IMG/VR virus record: IMGVR_UViG_3300045938_000011
Location: 1-46,660 of that record
Reading direction: 5' to 3' (one strand)
Length of the DNA stretch: 46,660 bases
Source of the DNA: a virus
Shown here: one piece after another, positions 23,540 to 31,485 of the stretch
Numbering within the stretch: the stretch's first letter is position 1
Layout of the letters: the number at the start of each line of letters is the position of its first letter
Position numbers and translations under genes: made by a program
Notes under the pieces: model-generated
The model's input: only the letters and a program-made list of their open reading frames with translations
Databases searched by the model: none
Told to the model about the DNA's origin: nothing

Positions 23540-24459
23540 CCCGCCCCCGCACGATCGATCAGGCCCGCGGCAAATGGACCGGCATCCTCGCGACGCTGGG
23601 TGTGGAGACGCGCTTCCTATCCGGCAAGCACACCGCCTGCCCGATGTGCGGCGGCAAGGATCGGTTCCGGTTCGACGACAAGGAAGGGAAGGGTACCTAC
23701 TTCTGCAGCGGGTGCGGTGCTGGCACCGGAATGGACCTGGTCCAGAAGCTGAATGGCTGGGATTTCCGAACCGCCGCCAGCGAGATCGACAAGATCGTCG
23801 GAAATGTCGACTTCGTGGCACCGAAGCCGGCGCTTGATGCCGCCAAGCGCACGCGTTTGCTGAACGACCTGTGGCGGTCGGGCACGCCTGCCGGGCCCGG
23901 TGACGCCATTGCCCGCTACCTGGGGTCGCGCCGCCTGCAGCTGCCGTCGAACTCTCGCGTCCTGCGGTATGTGGATAAAGCTCTCGCGCCTGAGAATTCG
24001 GGCGGGGGGTGGCATCCCTGCATGGTCGCGATGATCTCTGACACTGACGGTAAGCCCGCGTCGCTGCACCGGACGTTCCTTGGCCCGAACGGCAAGGCGG
24101 ACCTCGACGAACCGCGCGCCGCTATGCCAGGCGCGATCCCAGACGGCGCGGCAATCCGCCTGACCGATCCTGCTGCGACGCTCGGCATAGCCGAAGGCAT
24201 CGAAACAGCTCTGGCCGCGACGAAGCTGTTCGGCATCCCTGTGTGGGCGGCGATCAATAGCACGCAGCTCGCCAAGTGGCAGCCGCCCGCCGGCACGCAG
24301 ACGGTCGTTGTGTTCGGTGACAACGACCAGAAATTCGGCGGTGCTGCTGCAGCCTATGCGCTGGCACACCGCCTTGCGACCCGACGCGACCCGGTGGCGG
24401 TGACGGTCAAGATCCCTGACGCCATCGGCCACGACTGGGCAGACGAGGTGACGGCATGA
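23536..24459 (+). CDS. Primase-like protein: zinc-binding domain plus Toprim
   Basis: CPMCGGKDRFRFDDKEGKGTYFCSGCG resembles the P4-alpha-type primase zinc ribbon. The C-terminal GIAEGIETALA...VFGDND resembles Toprim. Confidence 0.75.
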   Translation: MTRPRTIDQARGKWTGILATLGVETRFLSGKHTACPMCGGKDRFRFDDKEGKGTYFCSGCGAGTGMDLVQKLNGWDFRTAASEIDKIVGNVDFVAPKPALDAAKRTRLLNDLWRSGTPAGPGDAIARYLGSRRLQLPSNSRVLRYVDKALAPENSGGGWHPCMVAMISDTDGKPASLHRTFLGPNGKADLDEPRAAMPGAIPDGAAIRLTDPAATLGIAEGIETALAATKLFGIPVWAAINSTQLAKWQPPAGTQTVVVFGDNDQKFGGAAAAYALAHRLATRRDPVAVTVKIPDAIGHDWADEVTA

Positions 24460-25835
24460 TCGAGCTTCGCGATTATCAGCAGGCCCTAATCACCGACATT
24501 CGCGAGCGGTTCCGCAGCCTGGATCGCACCGTGCTGGTGCAGCTGGCAACCGGCGGCGGTAAGACCGTCACGTCGGCCTACATGGTGAAGACTGCAGCGG
24601 AGCGCGGCCGGCGCTGCTGGTGGGTCGTGCATCGCCGGGAAATCATCCTGCAGGCGAGCCGGACCTTCTGGTCAATGGAGATACCGCACAGCTTGGTAAT
24701 GGGCGGCAACATCACCGACCGCGACGCGATGGTACAGGTAGGTTCGGTGCAGACGCTCGCCCGCCGGCTTGGCAAGCTGCCGCCGCCCGACCTGATTATC
24801 TTCGACGAGTGCCATCACATGGGTGCTTCGCAGTATCAGCAGATTTACGAAGCCTGCCCGCGCGCCCAGGTCGTCGGCCTGACCGCGACGCCATGGCGGC
24901 TCGATGGGCGCGGCCTCGGCGCGTGGTTCGACGGGATGGTGCAGGGGCCGAGCGTCGCTGATCTGATGGAGCGCGGCGCGCTGTGCGATTACAAGCTGTT
25001 CGCGCCGTCGACTGCAGACACATCAGCGATTGCGACGCAGGGTGGTGACTTCAAGCGCGACCAGCTGTCGAAGCTGATGGACAAGCCCTCCATCGTCGGG
25101 GATGCGGTCCAGCACTATCAGCGGATCGCCCCAGGCAAGCGCGCGATCGTCTTCGCGGTGTCTGTCGAGCATAGCCAGAACGTCGCGGCCCAGTTCCGCG
25201 CTGCAGGTATCGCCGCTGCGCACGTTGACGGCAGCATGGATACCGGTGCGCGCGACGCCATCGTCCGCGACTTCTCCGAGGGCGCGCTGCAGGTCCTGAG
25301 CAATGCCGACTTGTTCGGCGAGGGATTCGACGTGCCGGCGGTCGAGGCGGTGATCCTCCTGCGCCCGACGCAATCGCTATCCCTGCACCTGCAGCAGATC
25401 GGCCGCGCACTGCGGCCCGCCGATGGTAAGCCGCACGCGATCATTCTGGACCATGCTGGCAACGCGATGCGCCACGGACTACCCGACGACGATCGCGAAT
25501 GGTCGCTTGAGGATAGGCCGAAGAAGAAGCGCGGCCAGAAATCCGAAGTGCCGGTCAAGCAGTGCCCGAAGTGCTTCCGTGTCCACGCGCCGCAACCGTC
25601 ATGCCCGTCCTGCCAATATGCCTATCCGGTGCAGAGCCGGGAGGTCGAGCAGGTCGAAGGCACGCTCGAGGTCGTTGATCTAGACGCGATCCGCGCGCGC
25701 AAGAAGCAGGAGCTGAAATCGGCCCGCACGCTGCAGGACCTGATCCAGCTGGGCAAGCAACGCCGCTACCGGCACCCGGTAGCCTGGGCGGGCCACATCA
25801 TGCGCCAGCGCGAGCAGTGGAGGGCCGGCGCATGA
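24456..25835 (+). CDS. Superfamily 2 DEAD/DEAH-box helicase
   Basis: Walker A is ATGGGKT and motif II is FDECHH. The C-terminal helicase motifs LRPTQS and QQIGRALR are present. Confidence 0.85.
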   Translation: MIELRDYQQALITDIRERFRSLDRTVLVQLATGGGKTVTSAYMVKTAAERGRRCWWVVHRREIILQASRTFWSMEIPHSLVMGGNITDRDAMVQVGSVQTLARRLGKLPPPDLIIFDECHHMGASQYQQIYEACPRAQVVGLTATPWRLDGRGLGAWFDGMVQGPSVADLMERGALCDYKLFAPSTADTSAIATQGGDFKRDQLSKLMDKPSIVGDAVQHYQRIAPGKRAIVFAVSVEHSQNVAAQFRAAGIAAAHVDGSMDTGARDAIVRDFSEGALQVLSNADLFGEGFDVPAVEAVILLRPTQSLSLHLQQIGRALRPADGKPHAIILDHAGNAMRHGLPDDDREWSLEDRPKKKRGQKSEVPVKQCPKCFRVHAPQPSCPSCQYAYPVQSREVEQVEGTLEVVDLDAIRARKKQELKSARTLQDLIQLGKQRRYRHPVAWAGHIMRQREQWRAGA

Positions 25836-26290
25836 CGCACCTTGAGACACGGTTTCGTAAGTTCGTACCGGTGAGGCCTGCCAGTGATTGCTGGCCATGG
25901 CAGGGCCATATCGACGCGCGAGGCTATGGTAGGTTCAGCGTGAACAACCGCAACCGAAAAGCCACTCACCTTGCTCTTGCTCTTTCTGGGCGGGAGCGGC
26001 CCAACGGTGCCGTTGCCCGCCATGACTGCGACAATCCTTCATGTGTCAACCCGGCCCACCTCCGTTGGGGAACGCAGGCGGAAAATGTTGAGGATATGTG
26101 TGGCCGCCGCCGTCATCGGAGCCGTCAGCTAGTCGGCACCGATAGCCCCCTCGCGAAAGTCGATGAAGATACCGTCAGGTTGATCCGTGAGGCGACAGGA
26201 TCGCAGCGGGCGATCGGAGAACGGTTCGGCATCTCTCAATCGCTGGTCAGCTTGATCAAGCTGCGTAAGTCTTGGGGGCACGTACTTTGA
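25832..26290 (+). CDS. HNH endonuclease (HNH_3 type) with a C-terminal HTH
   Basis: CWPWQGHIDARGYGRF...ARHDCDNPSCVNPAHLRWGTQAEN. ATGA overlap with the helicase stop. Confidence 0.8.
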   Translation: MTHLETRFRKFVPVRPASDCWPWQGHIDARGYGRFSVNNRNRKATHLALALSGRERPNGAVARHDCDNPSCVNPAHLRWGTQAENVEDMCGRRRHRSRQLVGTDSPLAKVDEDTVRLIREATGSQRAIGERFGISQSLVSLIKLRKSWGHVL

Positions 26291-26613
26291 CCCACAACGA
26301 TCTCGTCAACCGGCTACTGCTGGCGTTGTCGCCCTTTGGGCTTGCGTGGCCGAATAATACCGGGGCGGTGAAGGTTGACGGCCGCATGATCCGCTACGGC
26401 CTCGTCGGGTCGAGCGACATCCTGTTCGCCAAACGGCCGACTGGGCGGCTCTACTGTGTCGAAGCCAAGGTGGGCGGCGACCAGTGGCGCGCGCCACAGA
26501 AGGCGTTCGCCGCCGCAGCCGAGGACGCCGGCGCCGTCTACATCCTCGCCCGCTCCACCGATGGCACTGGCGACGATGCTGTCGCGCTTACGCTGGAGGC
26601 GATCCGTGGCTGA
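26272..26613 (+). CDS. VRR-NUC domain nuclease
   Basis: GSSDILFAKRPTGRLYCVEAKVGGDQWRAPQKAF fits the D..EVK pattern. The start is uncertain (TTG at 26272 or TTG at 26287). Confidence 0.7.
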   Translation: MGARTLTHNDLVNRLLLALSPFGLAWPNNTGAVKVDGRMIRYGLVGSSDILFAKRPTGRLYCVEAKVGGDQWRAPQKAFAAAAEDAGAVYILARSTDGTGDDAVALTLEAIRG

Positions 26614-27796
26614 GCCGATCCCACTCAACGCATGGCGCGGCAAGCTGCAGATCGGGCAGAAGGGGGAGAAGAAGACCCTCTTCAATCTGATGCAGTACAT
26701 GCGCAATCTGCCCGGCCTCGGTACGCAGATCCGTCACAACGAACTGACCGGACAGGTTGAGTGGCATGGCGAGCCGCTGACCGACGCCGATTACGTCGAC
26801 ATCCAGACGGCCATCGAGCACGCCGGCTTCGCGCCGAGCAAGACCGACATTCCTGCAGCTGTGAACCGCACCGCGCTGTTCAACCGCTACCACCCCGTCC
26901 GCGACTATCTCGACGGCCTGCGCTGGGACGGCACCAAGCGGCTCGACCGGTTCCTGCACATCCTGTTCGGCGCGCCCGACACGCCATACGAGCGCGCGGT
27001 CGGTGCAAAATGGATGATCGGTGCTGTTGCCCGCATCTACCGCCCAGGCTGCAAGATGGACACCATGTTGGTGCTTGAAGGGCCGCAGGGCCTCAAGAAA
27101 TCGACCGCACTGCGCCTCCTGTTCGGCGCGCCCTACTTCACGGAGATGGTCAACGAGCTGCGCGACCATAAGCGCTTCGTTGAGCAGATCACCGGCAAGT
27201 GGGTGGTTGAATTCGCGGAGCTATCCGCGCTGCGCAAAGCCGACGTCGAGCTGGTCAAGGCGATCATCACGATGCAGGTCGACAAGACCCGCCCGTCCTA
27301 TGGTCGCAACACCGTCGAATATCCTCGCCAGTGCGTGCTGGCCGCATCGGTCAACCCGAAGGCTGGGCAAGGCTACCTGACCGACAGCACAGGCAACCGA
27401 CGGTTTTGGCCTGTTGCCTGCACCGCAATTGACCTGGAGCGGCTTGAGCGCAAGCGTGACCAGCTTTGGGCTGAGGCCGTCGCCCGTTTTCGCGACGACG
27501 AACAGTGGTGGCTGACCGATGAGGAATCGAAGCTGGCCGAGCGCGAGCAGATGTCGCGGATGCAGGGCGATATCTGGGAAGACACGATCGCCAATGCTGT
27601 GTTCCCGCACCTGACCTACACGTCGGCGCAAATCCTGCAGGACATCCTGAAGATGCAACCTGAGCGCCAGGACCAGCGCGCCAAGGACCGTGTGGCTGCG
27701 ATCATGGCCGACCTTGGATGGACGCAGGCTGTCGGCAAAGAGCGGCAAGAAGATGGCAAGCGCAAGAGCGTTCGCGTGTGGAGGATGGCGGAATGA
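26606..27796 (+). CDS. VirE / D5-like P-loop replication protein
   Basis: GTG at 26606, in the frame of track ORF 26456..27796. LVLEGPQGLKKST is a Walker A motif. TGNRRFWPV is typical of the VirE family. Confidence 0.8.
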   Translation: MAEPIPLNAWRGKLQIGQKGEKKTLFNLMQYMRNLPGLGTQIRHNELTGQVEWHGEPLTDADYVDIQTAIEHAGFAPSKTDIPAAVNRTALFNRYHPVRDYLDGLRWDGTKRLDRFLHILFGAPDTPYERAVGAKWMIGAVARIYRPGCKMDTMLVLEGPQGLKKSTALRLLFGAPYFTEMVNELRDHKRFVEQITGKWVVEFAELSALRKADVELVKAIITMQVDKTRPSYGRNTVEYPRQCVLAASVNPKAGQGYLTDSTGNRRFWPVACTAIDLERLERKRDQLWAEAVARFRDDEQWWLTDEESKLAEREQMSRMQGDIWEDTIANAVFPHLTYTSAQILQDILKMQPERQDQRAKDRVAAIMADLGWTQAVGKERQEDGKRKSVRVWRMAE

Positions 27797-27799
27797 TGC

Positions 27800-28077
27800 T
27801 GTCTACGCCCCCCGCTCTCAAGCGTAGCCAATCGGTAGACGCCGTAGACAGTTCGGTTTCATATCGAAACTCTGTCCACACCCCTGTCCACACATTGTCT
27901 ACGCTAGGGTGTAGACACCAAATTTCGCAGTTTCCTGCGGCTTTGATTCCCCTGTCTACACTGTCTACACCCTATAATGGTAATAAAGGGATAGGCTGTA
28001 AAAACGGGATATATAGGGGGTCTGAAAGCCGTCATCGGTTTTCGGATAGGGGTGTAGACACCCTAGGGCGTAGACAC
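27800..28077. repeat. Iteron array with an AT-rich core: candidate replication origin
   Basis: About 11 copies of TGTC(T/C)AC(A/G)C or its complement. Forward copies lie at 27800, 27873, 27885, 27896, 27953 and 27962. Reverse copies lie at 27835, 27844, 27909, 28052 and 28068. The AT-rich core at 27971-28020 has 20 G+C in 50 nt. Confidence 0.7.
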
Positions 28078-28097
28078 CCCTGCGCCAGGGGGGCCGC

Positions 28098-28247
28098 ATG
28101 ACCTCCCCCCTCACCGCATTCATCCTCAAGATGATGGCGACCGATCGCGCCGCGCTGGTCCGGGCCAACGTCGACAAGCTCGCGGCCAAGCACGGCATCA
28201 GCCCCGCCCACGCCGCCGGGTATATCTCGCTGTGGGTGGGGCGGTGA
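28098..28247 (+). CDS. 49-aa helical micro-protein
   Basis: Below the track cutoff, with high GC3. Sequence is MTSPLTAFILKMMATDRAALVRANVDKLAAKHGISPAHAAGYISLWVGR. Confidence 0.4.
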   Translation: MTSPLTAFILKMMATDRAALVRANVDKLAAKHGISPAHAAGYISLWVGR

Positions 28248-28248
28248 G

Positions 28249-28422
28249 TTACGGAAGCGCTTCCTCAAGGATCGCGATGACGTGCGCATTGCCGGCCGCT
28301 CGCACGCGGTCGCGCAGGGCTGGGGTCATGGATAGGCTGACGCCGATTTTGCGCTCTGCTGCCGGCTTTGCAGGCGCGCCCGAGCGGCCTTTCGCGCCGC
28401 CCTTGCCTGGGATGCCGGCCAT
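28249..28422 (-). CDS. 57-aa basic RHH-like DNA-binding protein
   Basis: Internal ATG of track ORF 28249..28485. KIGVSLSMTPALRDRVRAAGNAHVIAILEEAL fits a strand-helix-helix pattern. The start lies 1 nt after the upstream stop. Confidence 0.5.
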   Translation of the reverse strand: MAGIPGKGGAKGRSGAPAKPAAERKIGVSLSMTPALRDRVRAAGNAHVIAILEEALP

Positions 28423-28423
28423 G

Positions 28424-28600
28424 TCAGGCGACCGTGATGTCGGCGAGAAACTCGTCTTCGGTCTGGCCGCAAACTTCGGCCGCATCAGCGACCGACGAGT
28501 AACCCGCGTCCTGCACGTAGGCGAGAATAGCGGCCTGTTCGTCGGCGGCTTCGTAGGTGCCCATTTCGGTGCCGTTCGCGGTGATGGTGAAGGTTGCCAT
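28424..28600 (-). CDS. 58-aa strongly acidic protein
   Basis: The ATG is preceded by GGAGAG. Sequence is MATFTITANGTEMGTYEAADEQAAILAYVQDAGYSSVADAAEVCGQTEDEFLADITVA. Confidence 0.55.
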   Translation of the reverse strand: MATFTITANGTEMGTYEAADEQAAILAYVQDAGYSSVADAAEVCGQTEDEFLADITVA

Positions 28601-28609
28601 GATCGTCTC

Positions 28610-28636
28610 TCCGTTCCTGATGTTTATTCTTATGAA
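28610..28636. promoter_or_regulatory. Imperfect inverted repeat in the AT-rich divergent promoter region
   Basis: ATGTTTATTCTT (28610-28621) and AAGATAAAACAT (28625-28636) are complementary at 10 of 12 positions. This is the most AT-rich intergenic stretch of the genome. Confidence 0.5.
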
Positions 28637-28692
28637 GATAAAACATGCAGATGTCAACACGGTTCCGCACAATTTTACGCATGGAGGAATAG

Positions 28693-29235
28693 GTGAACGC
28701 AATCACGGTCATCGAGCGCGCCGACGTTCCGGCGTTTACCGAATGGGTCGAGCAGGGCAGGGGGCTGATCCAGCGACGCCGGGAAGCCGACTGGGCGCTG
28801 GCGGACTGGTGGAATGACGGTCGCAAGCATCACCGCGACGAGCCGCAGTTCAAGCTGTTCGCCGATGCGCTGGCGGCTGATCCCAAGCGGCTGACCGAGA
28901 TGGCCAAGGTCGCAGAGGCATTCCCGCCGCACCTGCGCGCCGGCAACGTCTCGTTCGAGGTCCACCGCGAGATCGCCGCGCTGCCGTCCACCGACCGGCT
29001 CGAAATGATCGCCCGCGCGTCGACCGAAAAATGGACCGAGCGCAAGGCGCATGCGCATGTCGTCGAGCGCAAGTACGAGCAGGGCACGCTCCTGCCCGAG
29101 GATGATCCCGAATACCGCTCGGCCGTCGAGATCATCCGCGCCTGGAACAGGGCGACCCCCGAAGCGCGTCAATATTTCATGGAGCTGGCTACCCCCGCCA
29201 AGCTGGGGGTAATCGTGGAGACCGCCAATGCGTAG
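28693..29235 (+). CDS. First late-operon gene, 180 aa, function unknown
   Basis: Track ORF with a GTG start after GGAGGA. Confidence 0.65.
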   Translation: MNAITVIERADVPAFTEWVEQGRGLIQRRREADWALADWWNDGRKHHRDEPQFKLFADALAADPKRLTEMAKVAEAFPPHLRAGNVSFEVHREIAALPSTDRLEMIARASTEKWTERKAHAHVVERKYEQGTLLPEDDPEYRSAVEIIRAWNRATPEARQYFMELATPAKLGVIVETANA

Positions 29236-29416
29236 GGCACTGTCGACGAAGATCCCGAAAGCGATCGATCCTCAATTCGAGCAGGTGTTTGTGCAGTACG
29301 GCCATCGTGTCACCGAGCAGACCTATGGGAAGCGGTACACGACCCGTGCGATCGCGGCGCTGGGCCGGTTGCGGCTGACCCGGCTGCGTCGGGCTTTTGT
29401 GCGGGGTGAGGCATGA
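29228..29416 (+). CDS. Hypothetical basic protein, 62 aa
   Basis: Track ORF overlapping both neighbours. Confidence 0.5.
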   Translation: MRRALSTKIPKAIDPQFEQVFVQYGHRVTEQTYGKRYTTRAIAALGRLRLTRLRRAFVRGEA

Positions 29417-29919
29417 CCCCGAAGCAGCAGCGGTTCGTCGAGGAATACCTGATCGACCTGAACGCTACGCAGGCGGCCATACGGGCGGGCTACAGCGCAA
29501 CGGACGCGGACGTTACCGGCCCACGCCTGTTGGGAAATGTTGGGATCGCCGCCGCCATTGCGGCAGCGAAAAAGGAACGCTCCGAACGTACCGCCATCAA
29601 CGCGGAATGGTTGCTGACCCGCCTTGCCGAAGAGGCGGAAGCTGACCTTTCCGATCTGTACGACGAGGCTGGGGCACTGCGCCCCGTGAAGGATTGGCCG
29701 GTAATCTGGCGCAAGGGGCTAGTTGGCGGCATCAAGGCGATCGAAGAGCGCGACGACGCAGGGAACGTCGTGGGCGTCATTCGCGAAGTGAAGCTCTCCG
29801 ATCGCGTGAAGCGTTTGGAATTGATCGGCAAGCATATCGACGTGCAGGCGTTCCGCGACCAGGTGAATCACTCTGGCGCGATGAACTTGACCGTCAGCAG
29901 CGAGGATGCGGGGCTGTGA
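29413..29919 (+). CDS. terS: Terminase small subunit (Terminase_2-like)
   Basis: MTPKQQRFVEEYLIDLNATQAAIRAGYS is the classic N-terminal motif. Confidence 0.85.
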   Translation: MTPKQQRFVEEYLIDLNATQAAIRAGYSATDADVTGPRLLGNVGIAAAIAAAKKERSERTAINAEWLLTRLAEEAEADLSDLYDEAGALRPVKDWPVIWRKGLVGGIKAIEERDDAGNVVGVIREVKLSDRVKRLELIGKHIDVQAFRDQVNHSGAMNLTVSSEDAGL

Positions 29920-30119
29920 CCTATTCCGCGATCTACCGCCGGCCTGACGGAAAAGTGCTGGCGGACTGGACCTGTTACGACGCCCTTAGGGCTGCTCTGC
30001 TTGGTCCGGCTTCGCATCCGATCGTGGGCGAGCGGCTCGGTTATCTGATTCGGCCTGAGGTAGGTCCGCCGCAGCTTATCGGCTTGCCTCAAACGGCGGC
30101 GGTCGACCTGCGCCGGTGA
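29916..30119 (+). CDS. Hypothetical protein, 67 aa, between the terminase subunits
   Basis: GTGA overlaps at both ends, in the frame of track ORF 29694..30119. Confidence 0.45.
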   Translation: MTYSAIYRRPDGKVLADWTCYDALRAALLGPASHPIVGERLGYLIRPEVGPPQLIGLPQTAAVDLRR

Positions 30120-31444
30120 CCCCCGCGACCCTCACCCCCCGCCAGCGCGAGGCGAACCGCCTGCTGGCCGGCCCCGCGCGCAACATCATGCTTCGGGGCG
30201 GCTCGCGATCGGGCAAGACGTTCCTGATGGTCCGCGCCCTGATCCAACGTGCGATCAACGCACCCGGCAGCCGGCACGCAATTTTCCGGTTCCGCTTCAA
30301 CCACGCGAAGACCAGCATCTGGGCGGACACCATGCCCAAGGTGCTGAAGCTGTGCTTCCCGACGCTGCGGCACCGGTTCGATAAGACAGACTTCTACCTC
30401 GAGCTGCCGAACGGATCGCAAATCTGGATCGGCGGGCTGGATGACAAGGAGCGTGTCGAGAAGATCCTGGGCGCGGAATACGTCACCCTGTATTTCAACG
30501 AGTCCTCGCAAATCCCGTGGGGGTCGATTGAAATGGCAATGTCCCGGCTTGCGCAGAAATGCGCGCTGGCACCGGAGATTGCCGCCGCGACCGGCCGGAC
30601 GCATCTGGCGCTGAAAGCCTATTTCGACTGCAACCCGCCGTCCAAGCTGCACTGGTCGTATCAGCTGTTCCGGCAGAAGGTGAAGCCCGGCACAAAGGAG
30701 CCGGTGCCCAACCCCGATGACTACGTCGAAATGAAAGTCAACCCTTCGGACAACGCGGACAACCTGCCGGCCGAGTATTTCGACGTACTGGCGGGCATGT
30801 CGGCGGCCAAGCGGCTGCGGTTCGAAGCGGGCGAGTGGGCCAGCGAGGTCAACGGCGCGCTGTGGGCGTTGGAGGACCGTGAGACTGAGGCAGGCGAGAT
30901 ACCGGGCATTGATCGGTTCCGCGTCACCGAAGCGCCGGCCATGCAGCGCGTCGTCGTGTCGGTCGATCCTTCGGGAACGAAGGGCGACGGCGGCGGCGAT
31001 GACATCGGCATGGTCGTGGCTGGGCTGGGCACGGACGGGCGCGCCTATGTGCTGACCGATGCGACGTGCCAAATGTCGCCCGAAGGTTGGGGCCGGCGGG
31101 CTGTGGAGCTATACCACCGCTACCAAGCCGATCGGATCGTGGCCGAGCGCAACTTCGGCGGCGATATGGTCCGCTTCACCGTCGCGACGGCGGACAAGAA
31201 GGCGGCGTTCAAGGAGGTCAGCGCGACGCGGGGCAAGGTCGTGCGCGCCGAACCGATCGCGGCGCTGTACGAGCAGGGCAAGGTATCGCACGTCGGCATG
31301 ATGCCCGACCTTGAGGACCAGATGTGCAATTTCACGTCGTCCGGTTACGTCGGTGACGGATCCCCCGACCGCGCCGACGCGCTGGTTTGGGCACTGACCG
31401 AACTGATGCTAAACGCAACCCCCTACAACATCGATGCCTTCTGA
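30116..31444 (+). CDS. terL: Terminase large subunit
   Basis: 442 aa. GGSRSGKTF is a Walker A motif, and an acidic nuclease-type C-terminal half is present (VSVDPSG...DD). Confidence 0.9.
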   Translation: MTPATLTPRQREANRLLAGPARNIMLRGGSRSGKTFLMVRALIQRAINAPGSRHAIFRFRFNHAKTSIWADTMPKVLKLCFPTLRHRFDKTDFYLELPNGSQIWIGGLDDKERVEKILGAEYVTLYFNESSQIPWGSIEMAMSRLAQKCALAPEIAAATGRTHLALKAYFDCNPPSKLHWSYQLFRQKVKPGTKEPVPNPDDYVEMKVNPSDNADNLPAEYFDVLAGMSAAKRLRFEAGEWASEVNGALWALEDRETEAGEIPGIDRFRVTEAPAMQRVVVSVDPSGTKGDGGGDDIGMVVAGLGTDGRAYVLTDATCQMSPEGWGRRAVELYHRYQADRIVAERNFGGDMVRFTVATADKKAAFKEVSATRGKVVRAEPIAALYEQGKVSHVGMMPDLEDQMCNFTSSGYVGDGSPDRADALVWALTELMLNATPYNIDAF

Positions 31445-31485
31445 CGGTGGTAGCGACACCCCGCCGCCGGCCATAGCCCTAGACC

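Noticed and set aside
27800-28077. CRISPR array
   Set aside because: The repeats are only about 9 bp long, occur in both orientations with irregular spacing, and two copies abut directly. There are no cas genes. The pattern fits iterons.
27718-28101. 127-aa plus-strand ORF across the iteron region
   Set aside because: The translation is dictated by the repeats (STLS, VDT motifs). GC3 is low relative to real genes, and the ORF overlaps the end of the VirE-like gene.
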